A program made the translations under genes and the position numbers. A model generated the notes under the pieces. The model was not told where the DNA came from. It worked only from the letters and a program-made list of their open reading frames with translations, and searched no databases. A stretch of DNA of 64,000 nt from Alphaproteobacteria bacterium (GTDB lineage Bacteria > Pseudomonadota > Alphaproteobacteria > SP197), in NCBI GenBank assembly GCA_965228895.1, contig OZ245842.1, positions 3,968,001 through 4,032,000 on the forward strand, in the 5' to 3' direction. This document shows, in pieces, positions 47,970 to 59,038 of the stretch; position 1 is the first letter of the stretch, and each line of letters starts with the position of its first letter.

Positions 47970-49045
47970 ACGACTGCCGACAAGACCTGCTTGATGAAGC
48001 CGTCATGGGCGGCATCGTCGAGCCACCGCATGACCGCCGCCATGTCGCGGTCGGGATCGATCCAGATCACATGACCGCCCGCGCCCAGTGCAAAGAAGCT
48101 TGATTCAGGTGCCGACGGGAAGAGTTCGCGTTTCGTGTTCAGCCACCACAGAAAACCATAGGGCGCATAGATGTCGCACGGCGTTCTGGTCTGCGCGATC
48201 CATGCCTTTGACAAGATCTGCCGCTCGCCCCATTGCCCGTCATTCAGGTAGAGCAGGCCGAACCGCGCGAGGTCCCGGGCCGAGACAAACATGCCGCCGC
48301 CCCAGTGGCCGCCGCCCGAGACTGACTGATGGCGCTCGCCGTCAAGCTCGACCCACGAGTTCTCGTAGCCATGCCATTCCCAGCCATCGGAGGCCCCGAT
48401 TGGATCCATGACCGTCTCCTTCAGCACCACCGGGAGCGGCTGGTTTAAGAGATGCATCAGAGCCAGGCTCAGCCGGTTGACCCGGACGTCGTTGTACTCC
48501 CAGTGTGTGCCCGGCGTCTGAAGCTCACGATGCTCGCCTTTCTGGCTGTTATCGCCGCCGGAGACGTCGCGGTTACGGTCGACCAGATCGGGCTTGTCCC
48601 ACAAGGTGCCTTCCCATTCACTGGTCTGCTGAAGCAGATGGCGCCATGTGATCGCCGCGTTCTGCGGACCGTCAAACCCGCCATCGTCGATCAGCTCGGC
48701 CACGGGCGCATCGAGATCGGGCAGCAGACCGCGATCATAGGCGACGCCGGCAACCGCCGACATCGCGCTCTTGGTGACGCTGAACGTCATGTCCGCGCGC
48801 TCGATATCGCCCCACGACGTAACGAGCCGGCCGTTCCGGATGATCAAGCCGGCGGGTCCGCCGCGCGGACGCGTCGGTCCGATGATGGCGCCGTGTTCGC
48901 GGTCTAGAAAACGGCCGTCCCCCAAGTGCTTGCCGACATCCCGAGGCCACGGCGTCTCGTTCGCTTCGGCATGGGCCACGGCCGCGGCCAGCGCGTCGGC
49001 ATCGAAACCCGCTTCGGCGGGGGCGACCGGTTCGAACGGCGTCAT
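47966..49045 (-). CDS. Serine hydrolase, beta-lactamase (AmpC-like) family
   Basis: FSVTKS (SxxK), WEYND, ARFGLLYL. Confidence 0.88.
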   Translation of the reverse strand: MTPFEPVAPAEAGFDADALAAAVAHAEANETPWPRDVGKHLGDGRFLDREHGAIIGPTRPRGGPAGLIIRNGRLVTSWGDIERADMTFSVTKSAMSAVAGVAYDRGLLPDLDAPVAELIDDGGFDGPQNAAITWRHLLQQTSEWEGTLWDKPDLVDRNRDVSGGDNSQKGEHRELQTPGTHWEYNDVRVNRLSLALMHLLNQPLPVVLKETVMDPIGASDGWEWHGYENSWVELDGERHQSVSGGGHWGGGMFVSARDLARFGLLYLNDGQWGERQILSKAWIAQTRTPCDIYAPYGFLWWLNTKRELFPSAPESSFFALGAGGHVIWIDPDRDMAAVMRWLDDAAHDGFIKQVLSAVV

Positions 49046-49055
49046 CGCCCGGCTC

Positions 49056-49730
49056 TCAGAAGGTTTCCTTCCACGGTCTCAGCTCGACCTCCCAGGTCCA
49101 CGCACTGCGGTGCTGGCGATGCACGTCCAGATAGGTCTGGGCAATGGCATCGGGATCGAGGCGGGTGTCGTCATCGGACTTGCCGATACCGCCGTCGATA
49201 ACGAAATGCGCGACATGGATGTTCTTGGGCTGCAGTTCACGCGCCATGCTCTGGATCAGACCGCGCAGGCCGAACTTGCCCATCGCGAAGGGCGCGGAAT
49301 TGACGTACCCCTTCACGCCCGCCGAGGCGCCGGTGAACAGGATCGTGCCGCCGCCCTTTTCCTCCATGCGCCGCGTCGCCTGCTGGCCGACCAGAAAACC
49401 GCCGTAACAGGTGATCATCAGCGTCTTCTTCACCTCGACGGGATCAAGCTCGGCAACCGGCCCGCGGACACGATAGCTGGGGTTGAAGACAACGATGTCA
49501 GGCGCGCCGACGGCCTCATCAACCGCGCCGAACAACGCGGCAACGGAATCGGGGTCGGCGACATCGCAGGCGAAGGCCGTCGCGCCTGTTTCGCTGGTGA
49601 GGTCGCCTAGCTTGTCGGGGTTACGGGCCGCGAGCGCCACCGTCATGCCTTCGGCGGCAAACAAACGCGCCAGCGAGGCGCTGAGCCCGGAGCCTGCGCC
49701 GACAATCAGGGCTGTTTCTTTCTCTGCCAT
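49056..49730 (-). CDS. SDR family oxidoreductase
   Basis: VGAGSGLS, FTGASA, KFGLRGL, HFVIDG. Confidence 0.9.
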   Translation of the reverse strand: MAEKETALIVGAGSGLSASLARLFAAEGMTVALAARNPDKLGDLTSETGATAFACDVADPDSVAALFGAVDEAVGAPDIVVFNPSYRVRGPVAELDPVEVKKTLMITCYGGFLVGQQATRRMEEKGGGTILFTGASAGVKGYVNSAPFAMGKFGLRGLIQSMARELQPKNIHVAHFVIDGGIGKSDDDTRLDPDAIAQTYLDVHRQHRSAWTWEVELRPWKETF

Positions 49731-49744
49731 ATGTCCTCCGTCAA

Positions 49745-51793
49745 TCAAACGTTGTCGCGCGGGATGGTCTCGGTCCAGCGCTTGGAAAAGATACGCCGCC
49801 CGCCGTCGAACGCATCGAGGTCCGCGTCGATCTGGAAGTCGGCGGCGGTCGCGCGGATGGTCATGGCGCTGCGGCTTTCGACATCGTAATCCGCCCCGTC
49901 GCGGCGGCGTCGATTGTGCCAGCGATAGGTGATCTGCGCGCTCAAGGGATCGTCGTTTTGGATATGTGCTTCCCACGTCACGCCATCGGCGCAGGTGACG
50001 TCGACCGGCGTCAGATACCAGACACCGCCGTCCTCGACGACACGGACAAGCTGTTCGGCCGTGGCCAGGTCGCGTTCGACGGTGCGCGTTCCCTGGCCGT
50101 CCTGGATGACGCGGGTTTCGACCAGCGGCGCCATTTGCGGTGACGCAAAGGCTGTCACGTCGGCATCGTCGCCGCGCACCGGCAACTCGAGGAAACTGGC
50201 GCCTGTTGCAAGCGACAGGGTCACCGGTTCCGGCGAAGGCCAGACCATCGGCCAGTAGGTCGTCGAGATGGCAACGCGGATTCTGTGGCCGGGCCGGAAG
50301 ACGTGGGCGATGTCGTTGAGCTGGACTGTCACGACCTTGAAAGCGCCCGGCGTCATCGGCTCAGGAAACTCGTGACTGTTGCGATGGGACAGGTTCAGCA
50401 CGCCGAAGGTGACACGCTGCACCTGACCGTCGGGATGCACGTCGTTAAGGCGCACGGCGACGAAGCCTTGGGGCCGGTCGATGGCGAGTTTCAGGCCAAC
50501 CACCGGCGCGCCCATGATCTCAATCGCGTCTGTGAGTGGCGCACGATCGAAGTAGAGCGAACGCGCGTCGTCTTCGCGTTGATCAATCGGCAGATCCGGA
50601 CTGGAGCCGCCCAGACCATAGGGACACCAGACGCCGGCGGTGACGCCGACGGTTTGCGGTGAGCAGTGGTCCAATACGGTTTCGCCGCCTGCTTTCTCCG
50701 ACAAACCATCTGCGTTGAGCACAATTGTCTTCGTGGCGATGTTGGGCGACGGCCACGCCGGCTCGGTAACCCACCGCCCGGGGACGGCAGCCTGACTGGC
50801 CTCGGGTTTCGCGGGCTCGCCCATCCAGACGCGGTACATCGGCTCGTCCATGATGCCGGTGTCCTGATCCTTCAGCCAATGGTCCCACCAGCGCAGTGAG
50901 TCCTGAAGAAAGCCGATCGAAGGTGCTGGAATAGCGTCCTGCGGGTACTTGTGCCCCCACGGTCCGACCAGCCCTTTGCGCGGGCATGAGAGGTTCGCCA
51001 GCATGCGCGGGACCGCGTTCGAATAACCGTCGTTCCAGCCGCCGACCGCATAGACCGCGCATGTGATGTCATCATAGTTCTCGCACACCGAACCGTGTTT
51101 CCAATAGGCGTCGCGCCGCTGATGCTGCATCCAGATCGATGTCACCGCGGGTTCGGCGTTTTCGAGACGCGCCTTCCACGCCTCGCGCCAGCCGTCACCG
51201 ACGATCGCCGGGTCGGGCTGTTTCGACGCGATAATGTGAAAGCCAGAGCCCCAGAAAAAACCGTCCGACAGCAGGCAACCGCCCATGAAATGCACGTCGT
51301 CGGCGTAGCGGTCGTCGGTCGAGCAATGGGTGATGATGGCTTTGAGCGCCGGCGGCCGGCGCGCGGCGACCTGCAAGCCGTTGAAACCGCCCCAGGAAAT
51401 GCCCGTCATGCCGACCTTGCCCGTGCACCACGGCTGCGCGGCGATCCAGGCGATGGCCTCGACGGCGTCGTCCTGTTCCTGGAGCGCGTACTCGTCGGTG
51501 ATCAGACCTTCTGATTCGCCGGTGCCGCGAATGTCGAGACGGATCGAGGCATAGCCGTGGCCCGCCCAATAGGCATGGCGCGGATCGTCCCAGCCGCGCG
51601 TGCCGTCGCGCTTGCGGTAGGGGATGTATTCCAGGATCGCCGGCACCGGATCGGTTTCGGCATCGTCGGGCAGCCAGATCCGCGCCGACAGCCGCACGCC
51701 GTCGCCCATCGGGATCCACTGGTGTTCGACCTCATTGATCTTCCGAGGGAAGTCCGTGATGACGGCGGGTTCGTTGGGGTCGGGGCAAATCAT
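49745..51793 (-). CDS. CocE/NonD-family hydrolase
   Basis: IPYRKRD, GISWGG, GGWNDGY, GPWGH; start overlaps the ygfA stop. Confidence 0.92.
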   Translation of the reverse strand: MICPDPNEPAVITDFPRKINEVEHQWIPMGDGVRLSARIWLPDDAETDPVPAILEYIPYRKRDGTRGWDDPRHAYWAGHGYASIRLDIRGTGESEGLITDEYALQEQDDAVEAIAWIAAQPWCTGKVGMTGISWGGFNGLQVAARRPPALKAIITHCSTDDRYADDVHFMGGCLLSDGFFWGSGFHIIASKQPDPAIVGDGWREAWKARLENAEPAVTSIWMQHQRRDAYWKHGSVCENYDDITCAVYAVGGWNDGYSNAVPRMLANLSCPRKGLVGPWGHKYPQDAIPAPSIGFLQDSLRWWDHWLKDQDTGIMDEPMYRVWMGEPAKPEASQAAVPGRWVTEPAWPSPNIATKTIVLNADGLSEKAGGETVLDHCSPQTVGVTAGVWCPYGLGGSSPDLPIDQREDDARSLYFDRAPLTDAIEIMGAPVVGLKLAIDRPQGFVAVRLNDVHPDGQVQRVTFGVLNLSHRNSHEFPEPMTPGAFKVVTVQLNDIAHVFRPGHRIRVAISTTYWPMVWPSPEPVTLSLATGASFLELPVRGDDADVTAFASPQMAPLVETRVIQDGQGTRTVERDLATAEQLVRVVEDGGVWYLTPVDVTCADGVTWEAHIQNDDPLSAQITYRWHNRRRRDGADYDVESRSAMTIRATAADFQIDADLDAFDGGRRIFSKRWTETIPRDNV

Positions 51794-52371
51794 GATCGAT
51801 CGAACGCCGTTGCGCCCTCCTCGGTGATAATCCAATCCAGCGGCTGGTCGAAGTGATTGCGTGGTACCGCATCGACCTGCTGCGCCGCATAGGCGACGCC
51901 GACCGCCAGCGTCGATGGGTTGGACGTTTTCAGCAACGATAACGTTCTGTCATAGAAGCCGCCGCCATAACCCAGACGATAACCGGCGGCGTCAAACGCC
52001 AGCATAGGCACCAGCAACAGGGTAGGCACGACGACCGGCGCATCATCCGGCGGCACCGGAATGTTGAGCGCGCCGTCGACCAGCGCGTCACCTGGCGCCC
52101 AGGCGCGGAACACCAGGGGCTCACCCTTGCCCGACACGAACGGCAGACCGGTCGCACAGCCATGACGGTTGGCGGCAGCGAGAAACGGCACCACGTCAAA
52201 TTCGTCGTCGACCGGCAGGTAGCCCGAGACGACGGCGCCGTTCGCGAAACCTAGGGAGTCAAGGAAATGTCTGAGCGCGCGCTCCGGCGCGCCGGGTTGG
52301 TGGCTGTGGGCCTCGGCGCGTCGTGCGCGCGCTTCGGCGCGCATGAGCTTTTTTTGCTTCTTGACGTCCAT
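51790..52371 (-). CDS. ygfA: 5-formyltetrahydrofolate cyclo-ligase
   Basis: VPMLAFD, RLGYGGGFYDR, DWIITE; downstream of 6S RNA. Confidence 0.95.
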   Translation of the reverse strand: MDVKKQKKLMRAEARARRAEAHSHQPGAPERALRHFLDSLGFANGAVVSGYLPVDDEFDVVPFLAAANRHGCATGLPFVSGKGEPLVFRAWAPGDALVDGALNIPVPPDDAPVVVPTLLLVPMLAFDAAGYRLGYGGGFYDRTLSLLKTSNPSTLAVGVAYAAQQVDAVPRNHFDQPLDWIITEEGATAFDRS

Positions 52372-52387
52372 AGCCCCCGGATCGGTC

Positions 52388-52556
52388 TGGACGGGGCCGC
52401 CTCGGCCGGCAACCGCAATCTACCTTCCACTGTGGCCTGCATCAGCAGGTGGGCGCCGCGTAACGAGGGCAAGACCCCCGACAGAGACAGCTCCCAGTGA
52501 AAGCGCATTGGCCCCAGGGAACGGATACGGCCATCGCACCGCGCAGCGCCCGTCCA
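52388..52556 (-). ncRNA. ssrS: 6S RNA
   Basis: Canonical position between zapA and ygfA; closing stem TGGACGGG/CCCGTCCA; TTCCCTGGGGCC and GGCGCCCACCT segments typical of alphaproteobacterial 6S. Confidence 0.88.
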
Positions 52557-52567
52557 AGCTATGTTAG

Positions 52568-52879
52568 TTAGTGGCTCTCCAGGTGGCCCGCAAGCGCCTC
52601 GATGCGTCCGGCCAGATTTTCGATGGCCGCCGCACGGGTCTCCGAGACCTGATCGACAACCGGCTGGCCGGCGGTTTCGCGCGATTCCCACAGTTCGTCG
52701 GAGATCACCAGCGCGGCTAGAACCAAGAGACGCTGGTCGCCCAGATTGCCAAGCGAGCCCTTCAGGCCGGCTATTTTGCTGTCGACATAGGCGGCGAGTT
52801 GCTCGATGCGCTGCTCCTCGCCATCGCCGCAGGAGACGGAGTACGCACGCCCGTTGATGATGACCGAGATCTGAGCCAT
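52568..52879 (-). CDS. zapA: Cell division protein ZapA
   Basis: INGRAYSVSCGDGEE, RLLVLAAL. Confidence 0.93.
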   Translation of the reverse strand: MAQISVIINGRAYSVSCGDGEEQRIEQLAAYVDSKIAGLKGSLGNLGDQRLLVLAALVISDELWESRETAGQPVVDQVSETRAAAIENLAGRIEALAGHLESH

Positions 52880-52880
52880 G

Positions 52881-53129
52881 TCAGGCGCCGAGCACCGTGC
52901 GCAGGTCGTTGATTGCGCCGTCGATCTGCTTGCCGGCATCACGGACGCGGCCTTCCAGATCCGCGCGCGCGGCCTTGGCTTCGCTCAGCGCGGCGCGGAG
53001 CTGCTCGTTTTCCTGTTCGATCTGCCCAAGCTTGGCGTCGCCACCTTGTTGCGCACGCTCGGTGAGCGCAGCCTCAAGATGGGTGATCGCACGTTCAAGC
53101 TTTCTAAGGGCGGTGTCCTCAACCGTCAT
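52881..53129 (-). CDS. Small coiled-coil protein upstream of zapA (DUF4164-like)
   Basis: Coiled-coil character; conserved position between tkt and zapA. Confidence 0.75.
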   Translation of the reverse strand: MTVEDTALRKLERAITHLEAALTERAQQGGDAKLGQIEQENEQLRAALSEAKAARADLEGRVRDAGKQIDGAINDLRTVLGA

Positions 53130-53249
53130 TTGCGGCACTTTTCAACACGTTGCCTTGGCTTTCTACCATAGCGCCTTATCGCGTGCCGATAAAGTGCCTG
53201 ATCTCGGCCTCCTGCGGCGGCCGAAATCGGATTGTTTTGGCCGGCACCA

Positions 53250-53318
53250 CCAGCCCGCTCCCCCGCCCGGCCACCCATGGCAGCATCCTCGGGGTGGCCG
53301 GGCGGGGGAGCGGGCTGG
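53250..53318. repeat. 69-bp palindromic dispersed repeat, copy 2 (inverted relative to copy 1)
   Basis: Perfect 27-bp arms; loop ATGGCAGCATCCTCG is the reverse complement of the copy 1 loop. Confidence 0.9.
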
Positions 53319-53456
53319 CCACGGTGGCCCGCGCGGTCCAGACACCATGCAAAACGCGGGATAAGTCAGTTGACGCTCTGGGCCTGTGACGCCATGTTGC
53401 GCCCGACTTCGACCGGCGCCCAATGCGGCGGTTTTTTCTTTCGGGACATCCATACA

Positions 53457-55448
53457 ATGACGCGCGATTCCACAAGCCAGGTTTCGGAACGCGACATGGC
53501 CAACGCGATCCGGGCGCTGGCCATGGACGCCGTGCAGAAGGCCAACAGCGGCCATCCGGGCATGCCCATGGGCATGGCCGATGTCGCCACCGTGCTGTTC
53601 ACCCGGTTCCTGAAGTTCGACGCCAGCGCACCCGACTGGCCGGACCGCGACCGCTTCGTTCTGTCGGCCGGCCACGGCTCGATGCTGCTTTACGCCCTCC
53701 TGCATCTGACCGGTTATCAAGACATGACCATGGACGAGCTGCGCAACTTCCGCCAGCTCGGCAGCCGCACGGCGGGCCATCCGGAGTTCGGCCACGCCGC
53801 CGGCATCGAGACGACCACCGGCCCCTTGGGTCAGGGTTTCGCCAACGCGGTCGGCATGGCGCTCGCCGAGCGCATCATGGCCGCCGAGTTCCCCGATCTC
53901 GTCGATCACCACACCTATGCCATCGCCGGCGACGGCTGCCTGATGGAAGGCGTCAGCCACGAGGCCGCCTCCATGGCCGGCCATCTGGGGCTGGGCAAAC
54001 TGATCGTCCTGTTCGACGACAACGAGATCTCGATCGACGGTCCGACCTCGCTTGCCGAGTCCGACGATACGCTGCAGCGCTTCGATGCCTATGGCTGGGA
54101 CACCATGGCGGTCGACGGTCACGATAACGACGCGGTCGCCGCGGCTATCGAGGCCGCGCAGAAGACCGAACAACCGAGCCTGATCGCCTGCCGTTCGATC
54201 ATCGGTTATGGCGCGCCCAACAAACAGGGCACCGCAGCGACCCATGGCGCGGCGCTTGGCGAGGACGAGGTGGCCGCCACCCGCGACGAACTCGGCTGGC
54301 CACACGAACCTTTCGACATTCCCAACGCTATCGTACAGGCGTGGCGCAAAGCCGGTTCCCGTGGCGCCGAAGCGCGGACGGCGTGGCTGAAGACCCATGA
54401 CGTCACCGGCGCGTCGCTACGCCACGAGTTCGACCGTCGCATCGCCGGCGACCTGCCCGGCGACATCGCCAAGGCCGTCGCGACCTACAAGCAGTCGCTG
54501 ATCGCCGAGCCGCAGAAGGTCGCGACCCGCAAGGCGAGTGAAATGGCGCTGAACGTCCTGATCCCCGCCGCGCCGGAGATGATCGGTGGTTCGGCCGACC
54601 TGACGGGATCCAACAACACGCGCACCGGCAACATGAAGGATATCGCGCCCGGCGACTTCGGCGGCCGCTATATCCGTTACGGTGTGCGCGAGCACGCGAT
54701 GGCCGCCGCCATGTCGGGCATGGCGCTGCATCGCGGCATCATTCCTTACGGCGGCACCTTCCTGGTGTTCACGGATTACTGCCGTCCGTCGATCCGGCTC
54801 GCCGCCCTGATGGAACAGCGGGTCATCTACGTCATGACCCACGACTCGATCGGCCTGGGCGAAGACGGCCCGACCCACCAGCCGGTCGAGCACCTGGCCT
54901 CGCTACGCGCGATGCCCAATCTCAACGTGTTCCGCCCGGCCGATGTGATCGAAACGCTCGAGTGCTGGCAGGTCGCGCTCCAGGCAGCCAAGACACCGTC
55001 GGTTCTGGCACTGACCCGCCAGGGTGTGCCCCAACTGAGACTTGATCCCCGCGACGACAATCCGTGCGCACGCGGCGGTTATGTGCTGCGGCCGGAAAGT
55101 TCGACCCACAAGGCAACCATTGTCGCGACCGGTTCGGAAGTCTCGCTGGCCTGTGACGCCCGCGACAGTCTGGAGGCCAAGGGCATCGGAACCCGTGTCG
55201 TCTCTATGCCTTGCTGGGAGCTGTTCGCCAATCAGGACGCCGCCTACCGCGACGGCGTCATGGGCAACGGTGTCGCCAAGGTTGGCGTCGAAGCCGCTTC
55301 GGGTTTCGGCTGGCAGGAGATCCTGGGCGGTGACGGCGGTTTTGTCGGCATGACCGGCTTCGGCGCTTCCGCGCCGGCCGGCGATCTTTACAAACATTTC
55401 GGTATCACCGCCGAGGCGGTGGTCGCGGCGGTTAAACAGCGTATTTAG
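53457..55448 (+). CDS. tkt: Transketolase
   Basis: [33 protein letters not shown]. Confidence 0.97.
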   Translation: MTRDSTSQVSERDMANAIRALAMDAVQKANSGHPGMPMGMADVATVLFTRFLKFDASAPDWPDRDRFVLSAGHGSMLLYALLHLTGYQDMTMDELRNFRQLGSRTAGHPEFGHAAGIETTTGPLGQGFANAVGMALAERIMAAEFPDLVDHHTYAIAGDGCLMEGVSHEAASMAGHLGLGKLIVLFDDNEISIDGPTSLAESDDTLQRFDAYGWDTMAVDGHDNDAVAAAIEAAQKTEQPSLIACRSIIGYGAPNKQGTAATHGAALGEDEVAATRDELGWPHEPFDIPNAIVQAWRKAGSRGAEARTAWLKTHDVTGASLRHEFDRRIAGDLPGDIAKAVATYKQSLIAEPQKVATRKASEMALNVLIPAAPEMIGGSADLTGSNNTRTGNMKDIAPGDFGGRYIRYGVREHAMAAAMSGMALHRGIIPYGGTFLVFTDYCRPSIRLAALMEQRVIYVMTHDSIGLGEDGPTHQPVEHLASLRAMPNLNVFRPADVIETLECWQVALQAAKTPSVLALTRQGVPQLRLDPRDDNPCARGGYVLRPESSTHKATIVATGSEVSLACDARDSLEAKGIGTRVVSMPCWELFANQDAAYRDGVMGNGVAKVGVEAASGFGWQEILGGDGGFVGMTGFGASAPAGDLYKHFGITAEAVVAAVKQRI

Positions 55449-55458
55449 GGTCGGATCG

Positions 55459-56562
55459 CTAGTCGTCTGCCAGACAATCGACCAGGCCGTCGGCAAGACC
55501 GGTCATGAGCTTGCCGTAGAGCGCCTGGCCCGGTTCCAGATCGGCGCCAAGCGGATCCAACACACCGACCCGGACATCCGTCCCTTCGATGATCGTGTCG
55601 ATGATACGTGGCGAGAACTGCGGTTCACGGAACACGCAGACAATGTCCTCGTCGGCCAGGCGATCCCGGATTGCCGCGATGCGCGCGGCGCCCGGCTGGC
55701 GTTCGGGCGACAACACCACTGAGCCGACCGCGTCGGAGCCGAAGTGCTCACCGAAATACTGATAGGCATCGTGGAAGACGAGGTAGGGCCTGTCGCTGAC
55801 CGGCTCGAGCTTGGCGGCAATCTCAGCAGACATCGCGTCGATCTCGCCCGCTAACCGGTCGCCATTGGCCTGATAGGCCACGGCGTTATCCGGATCGATC
55901 TCGACCAATTCGGCCACCACCACCGCGACGATCGCCTTCGCGTTGTCGGGATTAAGCCAGATATGCGCGTCGGCGCCGTCGTGGGCATGATCATCATGGC
56001 CGTGGTCGTCATGGCCAAGGTCGTCCGCTTCGGCATGCGCGTCATGATGCGCGTCAGCGTGATCGTGTTCGTCTTCGTGACCATCGTCGTGCGCAGCGTG
56101 GTCTTCGTGATGTTCATTGTCATGATCGGCATGGTCGTCGTGGCCATGATCGTCATGATCGGCATGGTCCGCCTCATCGTCGTGGGCGTGCTGCTCCCAA
56201 CTCCCGCCTTCGCGGAACGCCAGCACCGCGACACCCGGTGCCTCAGCCAGCTCCAGGACATGGGCGTTGGTTGCCAGGGTCGGGATCGCGTCGGCCAGGA
56301 AGGTCTCCATGTTCTCGCCGACCCAAACCACAAGATCGGCCTGCTGCAGCGCCTCGGCCTCCGAGGGCTTGAGCGCGTAGGCGTGCGGCGATCCGGCGCC
56401 CCGAACGATTAACTCGGGCTCGCCAACACCGTCCATCACACCGACGACGAGCGAATGGATGGGTTGGATAGAGACCACCACGTTGGGCGTGTCCGCCGCC
56501 CTGACGGCAGTGGCCGGAAGAAGACAAAGTGCGGCAACACTGCTCAGCAGAAAGTTTCTCAT
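55459..56562 (-). CDS. znuA: Zinc ABC transporter substrate-binding protein with long His/Asp-rich loop
   Basis: SPHAY, long His/Asp tract, DAHIWL, FHDAYQY, EPQF. Confidence 0.92.
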   Translation of the reverse strand: MRNFLLSSVAALCLLPATAVRAADTPNVVVSIQPIHSLVVGVMDGVGEPELIVRGAGSPHAYALKPSEAEALQQADLVVWVGENMETFLADAIPTLATNAHVLELAEAPGVAVLAFREGGSWEQHAHDDEADHADHDDHGHDDHADHDNEHHEDHAAHDDGHEDEHDHADAHHDAHAEADDLGHDDHGHDDHAHDGADAHIWLNPDNAKAIVAVVVAELVEIDPDNAVAYQANGDRLAGEIDAMSAEIAAKLEPVSDRPYLVFHDAYQYFGEHFGSDAVGSVVLSPERQPGAARIAAIRDRLADEDIVCVFREPQFSPRIIDTIIEGTDVRVGVLDPLGADLEPGQALYGKLMTGLADGLVDCLADD

Positions 56563-56601
56563 GGTTGTTCGCTAGCTCCCTCGAAACACAGCATCCATGG
56601 C

Positions 56602-56618
56602 ATGTTATGATATAACAT
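56602..56618. promoter_or_regulatory. Zur-box-like palindrome upstream of znuA
   Basis: ATGTTAT-GAT-ATAACAT perfect 7-3-7 inverted repeat 40 bp upstream of the znuA start. Confidence 0.8.
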
Positions 56619-56759
56619 ACAATACCCTTTCGGATCGCGCTGGCGATGCCGGGATCGAGCGAGCGCCATTGTCGTTGACCTCGCTAACCGCGCTGGCTAG
56701 GAAGGCGCCACCATTTCGCGTCGCCGACCGCAACGCATTACCGCCATCGGGAGATCAGC

Positions 56760-57767
<1,008 letters not shown>

Positions 57768-57783
57768 CCCGTACGCCGCGATC

Positions 57784-58980
57784 ATGACCGCGTACCGCAC
57801 CCTCGACGATCTGGACGTCGCCGGGCAACGCGTTCTCGTGCGCCTCGACCTCAACGTGCCGATGGCCGACGGCCGGGTCACCGACGCGACGCGCATCGAG
57901 CGCGCCGTTCCGACCATCCGCAATCTCGCCGACCGCGGCGCCCGCGTCGTCCTGCTCAGCCACTTCGGCCGGCCCAAGGGCAAGGTCGTCGCGGACATGT
58001 CGCTCGGTCCCCTGACGGAACCGCTTGGTGACGCGCTCGGCAAACCTGTGGGCTTCGCGAACGACTGTATCGGTGACAAAGCGGGCACCGCCGTCGCCGG
58101 CCTCGAAGACGGCGACGTCCTGCTGCTCGAAAACCTGCGCTTCCACGGCGGCGAAGAAGCCAACGACCCGGCCTTCGCCGATGCGCTCGCCGCGCTCGGC
58201 GACCTCTACGTCAACGACGCGTTCTCCGCCGCCCATCGCGCCCATGCCTCCGTCGTCGGCCTTGCCGAACGGCTTCCGGCGGCGGCCGGCCGTTTGATGC
58301 AGGAGGAGCTTGAGGCGCTCGGCAAGGCGCTCGGAAAGCCTGAGCACCCGGTGGCCGCCGTCGTCGGCGGCGCCAAAGTCTCGACCAAGCTCGACCTGCT
58401 CGCCAACCTGGTCGGCCGGGTCGATCTGCTCGCCATCGGCGGCGGCATGGCGAACACGTTCCTTTATGCGCAAGGCGTCGAGGTCGGCGCGTCGTTGTGC
58501 GAGCACGACATGGCCGACACCGCCCGCGACGTCCTGGCGCGCGCCAAAAACACCGGCTGCGAGATCGTCCTGCCCAACGATGCGGTGACGGCAACAGAGT
58601 TCAAAACCGGCGCGCCGTCGACCGTCGTCGATGTCGCCGATGTGCCCGCCGATGCCATGATCCTGGATGTCGGCCCGAAGAGCGCCGAGGTCCTGGCGTG
58701 CCGTCTCGCAAACTGCCGCACCCTCGTTTGGAACGGTCCCATGGGCGCCTTCGAACTGGAAGGCTTCGACCACGGCACCAACCGCGTCGCCCAGGCTGCC
58801 GCTGAGCTAACCCGGGCCGGCACGCTGCTTTCCGTCGCGGGTGGAGGCGATACGGTCGCTGCCTTGGCCCATGCCGGCGTGCTCAAAGATTTCAGTTACG
58901 TCTCGACCGCCGGCGGGGCGTTCCTGGAATGGCTTGAGGGCAAGGAACTGCCGGGTGTGGCTGCGCTAGCTCGGTCGTAG
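57784..58980 (+). CDS. pgk: Phosphoglycerate kinase
   Basis: DLNVP, SHFGRP, LENLRF, WNGP, GGGDT, STAGGA. Confidence 0.98.
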   Translation: MTAYRTLDDLDVAGQRVLVRLDLNVPMADGRVTDATRIERAVPTIRNLADRGARVVLLSHFGRPKGKVVADMSLGPLTEPLGDALGKPVGFANDCIGDKAGTAVAGLEDGDVLLLENLRFHGGEEANDPAFADALAALGDLYVNDAFSAAHRAHASVVGLAERLPAAAGRLMQEELEALGKALGKPEHPVAAVVGGAKVSTKLDLLANLVGRVDLLAIGGGMANTFLYAQGVEVGASLCEHDMADTARDVLARAKNTGCEIVLPNDAVTATEFKTGAPSTVVDVADVPADAMILDVGPKSAEVLACRLANCRTLVWNGPMGAFELEGFDHGTNRVAQAAAELTRAGTLLSVAGGGDTVAALAHAGVLKDFSYVSTAGGAFLEWLEGKELPGVAALARS

Positions 58981-59038
58981 CGGGCTAACGCACACCGTTC
59001 CTGAAGACATCGATAGTCATGCCGTGCGGCGGCGCGAT

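Noticed and set aside
55975-56195. Repetitive tract resembling an array
   Set aside because: Low-complexity His/Asp codons of the ZnuA loop; no repeat-spacer structure, so not CRISPR.
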